A stretch of DNA of 49,618 nt, taken from the NCBI GenBank assembly GCA_038046585.1, contig JBBSVX010000018.1, positions 1 through 49,618 on the forward strand, read 5' to 3'. A model generated the notes under the pieces. That model was not told where the DNA came from and ran no database searches. It worked only from the letters and a program-made list of their open reading frames with translations. Source of the stretch: an archaeon (lineage in GTDB: Archaea; Iainarchaeota; Iainarchaeia; Iainarchaeales; JAAZKV01). Shown one piece after another: positions 44,668 to 49,618 of this stretch. The stretch's first letter is position 1. Every line of letters starts with the position of its first letter. Both the position numbers and the translations under genes were made by a program.

Positions 44668-45480
44668 TCACTTGTATTTTTTATTAGCATCAAGTTTCTT
44701 TTGTTTTGCATCATCTATTTGCGCTGATTTTAGTTTGATGTTTTGGTACATTCTGTCATAATCAGTGTCTACGCCGTGCTTTGAAAACCACTTGCTCATG
44801 TTAAGGACGTCTCTTTCAAAGAATTCTTTCGCTTTTGGGTGAAGGGTGCTCACAGCTTGTCCAACATCAATCACCACCAATTCTTCATCATTGTTCAGTA
44901 TGTTGTATTCGCTTAGGTCTGCGTGGACTATTCTTGTGCTCACCATTTTTGCCATGTACTCGCACAATATTTCATACTGCTTTTTCATATCTGAGAAAGG
45001 TTTTTCTTTTGCCTTGGGCGCAAGAACACCGTCTTTTCCAATAAATTCCATTACAAGGCAGTTTCTGCTTGACGCTATTGGGAGCGGGACTCGAATTCTT
45101 GCTTTTGTGAATTCTTCTAAATTTCGGTATTCTTTTTTTGTCCAAGCCTTGACTATTTCCAGTTTGTCTTTTCGCACATCTTTGAATCTTTCGTCGCCCT
45201 GTATGTAATCTATCATATGCCTAAAATCCGAAGTTTCTATTTTGTAGATTTTTAGTGCAAAGTGCTCTTCTCCTGATTTGCATCGGAACACATTTCCTTC
45301 TTTTCCTGTGGCAAGAACGAATTCTATTTCTTCAAAGTATTTTTTTCTTGCAAGATCGTGTATGACGTTCATCGTGGCGTTGTCAAACACATCTGCGAAA
45401 ATCTTTCGAACGCTCTCGTCTTTTATGAGGCGCTTCTCATTAGTAATGCCTGTTCTTTCTTCGTATTCGTCTTGTCTCAT
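44668..45480 (-). CDS. rio1: RIO1 Ser/Thr kinase
   Basis: TGKEGNVF, ALKIYK, YIQGDERF, WTKKEYRNL, VHADLSEYNIL, IDVGQAV. Confidence 0.96.
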   Translation of the reverse strand: MRQDEYEERTGITNEKRLIKDESVRKIFADVFDNATMNVIHDLARKKYFEEIEFVLATGKEGNVFRCKSGEEHFALKIYKIETSDFRHMIDYIQGDERFKDVRKDKLEIVKAWTKKEYRNLEEFTKARIRVPLPIASSRNCLVMEFIGKDGVLAPKAKEKPFSDMKKQYEILCEYMAKMVSTRIVHADLSEYNILNNDEELVVIDVGQAVSTLHPKAKEFFERDVLNMSKWFSKHGVDTDYDRMYQNIKLKSAQIDDAKQKKLDANKKYK

Positions 45481-45593
45481 ATAATCACTTGTGCTATTTA
45501 CTCATTTTAATCTTGTTGTAGTGAAAATTTGTCCAATAATTTGTGTTTTATTTATTTAATGCTGAAAAGAAATTCTGCTTGCGCTGAATTTTT

Positions 45594-45992
45594 TTACAAT
45601 GGGAGTCCGGAAAGCTTTCCGTTTCTCTTGAGCCATTCAACCTGGTTTCCGAAATATCTCCAGATAATGTCGCCCTTTGAAGGTTGGAAGTCCCAAAGTT
45701 TTAGTATTACAATGTCATTTTCTCTTATCCAGACTTTTTTAAGGAGTTTTCCTGGTATTCTAAGCTGTCTTTCAGTGCCGTCTTCGCAGAGTGCTTTAAT
45801 TTGATTAGTTCCCATTAATTGTATTACAATTCCAAACATTTCACCTTCGGCTTTGTTAGGGGTTCTGATTTTCATGAAGCCTTCTTGTTGAACTTGAGTA
45901 GGCTGTGAAGGTGCTTGAGGATTTTGCGAGTTTTTCTTTTTTGTCATCGCGTTCTTTCTTTTCATGCTGTTAAAGTTTGCTATGCTGCTCAC
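45594..45992 (-). CDS. eif1a: Translation initiation factor aIF-1A
   Basis: CEDGTER..RIPGKL.KKVWIRENDIV, WDFQ..KGDIIWRY; true start may be ATG 45965 or 45947. Confidence 0.95.
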   Translation of the reverse strand: MSSIANFNSMKRKNAMTKKKNSQNPQAPSQPTQVQQEGFMKIRTPNKAEGEMFGIVIQLMGTNQIKALCEDGTERQLRIPGKLLKKVWIRENDIVILKLWDFQPSKGDIIWRYFGNQVEWLKRNGKLSGLPL

Positions 45993-46007
45993 CCTTCAAA
46001 ATTTCCT

Positions 46008-46298
46008 TTACATCTTGTATATCTGTGCGTGCTTGATGCCTTTTACTTTAATTATGCTGGTTTCGCTTATTAAACCTTCTTTTTCGGCTATTTCAACGCA
46101 CTTGTTTCCGAACATATTTACTGAGCTGAACTCGGCTATAAGCTCTAGGAGCTGTTTTTTTGTAACCTTTTCGCCGCTGTAGAATTTTTCAGAAACAGTA
46201 AAGCAGATTTTTTCATCTTCGTAAGTTTTTCCTAAATGTTCCTTGTCGCAAACAGCTAGAACGCTTCCAACAATGTTTTCATGTTTCTTAGCTAACAA
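46008..46298 (-). CDS. DUF424-family protein
   Basis: VLAVCDKEHLGK, VSEKFYSG, NMFGNKCV, HAQ; typical neighbour of aIF-2beta. Confidence 0.88.
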   Translation of the reverse strand: MLAKKHENIVGSVLAVCDKEHLGKTYEDEKICFTVSEKFYSGEKVTKKQLLELIAEFSSVNMFGNKCVEIAEKEGLISETSIIKVKGIKHAQIYKM

Positions 46299-46335
46299 TT
46301 TCCCACCAAAAAATAAAAAAAAGTTGCTTTGAATC

Positions 46336-46746
46336 TCAAAGTCCTTTGATTGGCTTTACTGCGCCGCACGCTTCGCACTTCATTAATTTTGCGCCTTCTT
46401 GGTTGAGTATTCTTGTGTCTGGTCTTTTGCATTCTGAGCAGAGCACGAACTGGTTGAAGTAATTTTCAATGAGCTTGTTTAGTTGTATTGCGCCCACTTT
46501 TCCGTTGATTATGAGCTGGTTGTTTGATTCGGTTATCGGCAAAGCGGTTTCCTTTGTTAAGAATTTCAAAAAATGTTCTTTGTCTCTTCTCATGTCTTTC
46601 ATGAGCTGCCCAAATCCTCTTACAATAGTTTTGGTTCCCTGGATGAATGATTCTGCGCGAGGTATTTCAAACCTTGAGTGTTCAAGCGCTTTTTTTGGTA
46701 TGCTTAGGTATGCTCGTTCAAGCATTTTCTCGTAACTCATTTCCAT
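46336..46746 (-). CDS. eif2b: Translation initiation factor aIF-2 beta
   Basis: YEKMLERAY, RFEIP, G.KTI, CSECKRPDT...KCEACGA Zn ribbon. Confidence 0.95.
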   Translation of the reverse strand: MEMSYEKMLERAYLSIPKKALEHSRFEIPRAESFIQGTKTIVRGFGQLMKDMRRDKEHFLKFLTKETALPITESNNQLIINGKVGAIQLNKLIENYFNQFVLCSECKRPDTRILNQEGAKLMKCEACGAVKPIKGL

Positions 46747-46812
46747 TTGTTCACCTTATTATACTATTTTTGCCAGCAAAAGCTATATAAATAAAGGTTT
46801 GATAAGTATCTC

Positions 46813-47322
46813 ATGTTTGAATCTTTGTTCGCAACGCTTGTGGCGTGGGGCCCGGTTGGGCTATTTTTTGTGGCCATAATATCTAATGCCGTCCTTTTCT
46901 TGCCAACTCCATTAAATCTCATAATTTTTGGTGTTGCGCCGATAGATTTCTTCGGTCTTGGCCCGCTTAGCCCGCTTGTATTGGCACTCATAATTTCTGT
47001 TGGATCAGCTATTGGCGAAATGTCAGGTTACTTTATAGGTTACCTTGGGATTCATACTTTTGAAGGAATGAGGAAGAATGAAGTCGCAAAGCTCAAGGAA
47101 GTTTCACATAGGATTAAGGAATCTGGGATGTATTTTATTGCAGTATTCTCAGCACTCCCCCTCCCTTTCGATTTGGTTGGCGTTGCGGCAGGTCTTGTGA
47201 AGTATTCAAGATCCAAATTCTTTTTTGCCTGTCTTGTAGGAAAATCAATAAAATTCGCAGTAATATGCTATGCGGGTTATTTTGGAATCCCTTTCTTACT
47301 CAAGCTCTTTGGCGCGGGCTAA
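46813..47322 (+). CDS. DedA/VTT-domain membrane protein
   Basis: GSAIGEMSGYFIG, LPLPFDLVGVAAG, FFFACLVGK. Confidence 0.88.
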   Translation: MFESLFATLVAWGPVGLFFVAIISNAVLFLPTPLNLIIFGVAPIDFFGLGPLSPLVLALIISVGSAIGEMSGYFIGYLGIHTFEGMRKNEVAKLKEVSHRIKESGMYFIAVFSALPLPFDLVGVAAGLVKYSRSKFFFACLVGKSIKFAVICYAGYFGIPFLLKLFGAG

Positions 47323-47419
47323 TAATTTTCCTTGAAATTCTTTTCTTGAATTTGACAAGTTCTTCGGCACTTTTGGTTCTTGAGGATAGAATTAAAATGG
47401 GTTCGTAGCGAAAATTGTT

Positions 47420-48865
47420 ATGGAAAGAAGAGCACTAACTTTTGACGATATTCTTCTTGTCCCCCAATCTTCGGGTGTTTTGCCTTCTGAAGTTTCTTTG
47501 ACTACAAGACTGACAAAAAATATTTCTCTTAACATCCCTCTGGTTTCTGCGGCAATGGATACTGTCACCGAATCGGCCACTGCGATTGCGATGGCCAGGC
47601 AGGGTGGGATTGGTGTCATTCATAAGAATCTTTCGATTGAAGAACAGGTCAGCGAAGTCAGAAAGGTAAAGGAGAGAGCGTATTCGGTTGTCCTTCATCC
47701 AAGAACAGTTTCGCCTACGGATACCTTGGAGAAAATATTTGAGATGAAACATTCTATTGGAATATCTTCGTTCCCAGTCGTTGAGGGTACAAAGCTAGTC
47801 GGCATAGTGACAGCAAGAGATTTGCTTTTCGAGCACGACCACACGAAGAAAGTTTCTGAAGTGATGACAAAAAAAGTTGTTTCAGTTGTAGGGATGGTTT
47901 CCACCGAAGAGGCAAAAAGAGTATTGCATGAGAATAGGATTGAAAAACTTCCAATAGTTGATGATAAGGGAAATCTAAAAGGTCTTCTTACAATCACGGA
48001 TGTTTTAAGCAAAGAAAAGCATCCTTCGTCTTTACGCGATGCGGAAGGGAGATTTGTTGTCGGTGCTGCGATTGGCCCAAAAGATTTTGAAAGACTTGAG
48101 GCGCTCATAAAAGCGGAAACAGACGTTATTTTCCTTGACACTTCGCACGGACACAGCAAAGTGGTTGTTGACGCTGTGAGAAAAATAAAGTCTGAATATG
48201 CTGTTGAGCTTGTTGCTGGAAATATTGCTACAAAAGAAGCGGCAGAAGATCTGATTTCGGCTGGAGCGGATGCTGTTAAGGTGGGCATTGGGCCCGGAGC
48301 GATTTGCACAACTCGTGTAATAGCCGGAGTTGGGATGCCCCAGTTTTCCGCAATAATTGATACTTGTTTGGCAGCTACAAAATCAGGGATACCTGTAATT
48401 GCAGATGGCGGAGTAAAATACAGCGGCGATATAACAAAAGCGCTTGCCGCGGGCGCATCAAGCGTAATGCTTGGAAGCCTTTTTGCGGGCTGCGAAGAAT
48501 CCCCTGGAAAAGTAATTTTTCTTCATAATAGAAAGTTCAAACAATATAGGGGGATGGGGTCGCTTGGCGCAATGAAAAAAGGTTCAAGCGAAAGATATTT
48601 CCAAAACAAGGACGCAAAGCTTGTCCCTGAAGGAGTCGAAGGAGTAGTTCCATACAAGGGCACGATTTACGAAGTTATTTACCAAATGCTTGGCGGCTTA
48701 AGGAGTGGAATGGGTCTTGTCGGCGCAAAGGACATAGAAACACTTAGAACAAAATCAAAATGGGTGGAAGTCACTGCAGCAGGAACAAAGGAAAGTCATC
48801 CCCACGATATCATAATTACCGAAGAGGCTCCAAATTATGCGGGCAGTTCCGGAAACGGAGTTTAG
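47420..48865 (+). CDS. guaB: IMP dehydrogenase with CBS domains
   Basis: [47 protein letters not shown]. Confidence 0.97.
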   Translation: MERRALTFDDILLVPQSSGVLPSEVSLTTRLTKNISLNIPLVSAAMDTVTESATAIAMARQGGIGVIHKNLSIEEQVSEVRKVKERAYSVVLHPRTVSPTDTLEKIFEMKHSIGISSFPVVEGTKLVGIVTARDLLFEHDHTKKVSEVMTKKVVSVVGMVSTEEAKRVLHENRIEKLPIVDDKGNLKGLLTITDVLSKEKHPSSLRDAEGRFVVGAAIGPKDFERLEALIKAETDVIFLDTSHGHSKVVVDAVRKIKSEYAVELVAGNIATKEAAEDLISAGADAVKVGIGPGAICTTRVIAGVGMPQFSAIIDTCLAATKSGIPVIADGGVKYSGDITKALAAGASSVMLGSLFAGCEESPGKVIFLHNRKFKQYRGMGSLGAMKKGSSERYFQNKDAKLVPEGVEGVVPYKGTIYEVIYQMLGGLRSGMGLVGAKDIETLRTKSKWVEVTAAGTKESHPHDIIITEEAPNYAGSSGNGV

Positions 48866-48914
48866 CATTGGCTTTATTTTGGTTTTTATTTTGATTTTAT
48901 TTTTAGTGGTTTAG

Positions 48915-49618
48915 TTGGAAGAAAAGATTGTTGTGATAGACAATGGCGGACAATACTGCCACCTTATTGCAACGAAAGTCCGCACAAAGCACAATGTCTA
49001 TTCTGAAATTCTTCCCCCTAATTGTTCTGTAGATGATGTTCAAGGGGCAAAAGGAATTATTCTTTCAGGAAGTCCTTTTAGTATCTATAATGAAAACAAA
49101 CCGGATTTTAACGAAAAGCTTTTTTCACTTGGAATCCCGGTGCTTGGAATTTGCTATGGTAATTATTTAGTTGCAAGCACTCTTGGTGGAAAAGTTGTTG
49201 CTTCCGAAAAGAAAGAATACGGCCTTGCAAAGCTTTTGAAGAAGAAGGACTCTGTGCTGCTTGAAGGATGCGGCAAAGAAGAGATAGTTTGGATGAGTCA
49301 TGGGGACAAGATAGTTGCAATCCCAAAAACCTTCGAGATTCTAGGCTCAACCGAGAACTGCGAGTTTGCTGCCATTGCTGATGAGAAGAAAAAGATTTTT
49401 GGGGTGCAGTTTCATCCCGAAGTTGTCGATACCAAAAAAGGGGATATTATTTTAGGAAATTTTGTGCATAAGATTTGCGGATGCGTTGGCGAATGGAAGA
49501 TAAGCGATTACATCGCTCAAAAACAAATTGAATTAAAAAACGAGATTGGAAAGAAAAAAGTTCTTTTGCTTGTAAGCGGGGGAGTGGATTCGACAGTCTG
49601 TGCTTCTTTACTTTCAAA
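48915..49618 (+). CDS. guaA: GMP synthase, fused GATase+ATP-pyrophosphatase type (partial, runs off window; not in ORF track)
   Basis: TTG start; IDNGGQY, ILSGSP, LGICYG, WMSHGD, VQFHPEV, then LLVSGGVDSTV in the same open frame. Confidence 0.94.
   Translation, partial: MEEKIVVIDNGGQYCHLIATKVRTKHNVYSEILPPNCSVDDVQGAKGIILSGSPFSIYNENKPDFNEKLFSLGIPVLGICYGNYLVASTLGGKVVASEKKEYGLAKLLKKKDSVLLEGCGKEEIVWMSHGDKIVAIPKTFEILGSTENCEFAAIADEKKKIFGVQFHPEVVDTKKGDIILGNFVHKICGCVGEWKISDYIAQKQIELKNEIGKKKVLLLVSGGVDSTVCASLLS

Noticed and set aside
48915-49618. guaA absent from the ORF track, so possibly a pseudogene
   Set aside because: Manual translation is open from TTG 48915 to the window end; it is only truncated by the window boundary.

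Overview
Gene-dense, AT-rich archaeal chromosomal segment, mostly core information-processing genes. The separate priS and priL genes, Methanococcus-type S-layer gene, GGTGA Shine-Dalgarno sites, many leaderless TATA-driven genes and scattered bacterial-type accessory genes suggest a DPANN archaeon, plausibly Diapherotrites/Micrarchaeota-like (inference). It contains lonB, rpoL-csl4, signal peptidase, a replication/translation cluster (two tandem PCNA paralogues, priL, priS, GINS15, aIF-2alpha, PAC2), a family-4 UDG, an S-layer/N-glycosylation locus, truD, aRF1, pyrH, dph2, ppsA, rpl10e, tRNA-Cys, an intron-containing tRNA-Gly(CCC), mre11, topo VI A/B, a dim2-rio1-aIF1A cluster interrupted by a PEPCK-fold gene, aIF-2beta and guaB-guaA (guaA cut by the window end). 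I found no CRISPR array, transposase or integrase. The most notable unexplained signals are: (1) a GNAT gene ending in a synonymous-diverged copy of the neighbouring Dph2 C-terminus; (2) a candidate ~130-nt structured RNA converging on rpl10e; (3) a pseudoknot-capable 81-nt tRNA intron; (4) tandem divergent PCNAs; (5) an RGG-repeat tail on Csl4; (6) an unannotated 24-aa Cys/Lys peptide gene; (7) Arg-rich orphan proteins; (8) a -1 frameshift in an HD hydrolase; (9) degenerate UDG and ThiI enzymes. All assignments come from motif recognition by eye; no database searches were run.
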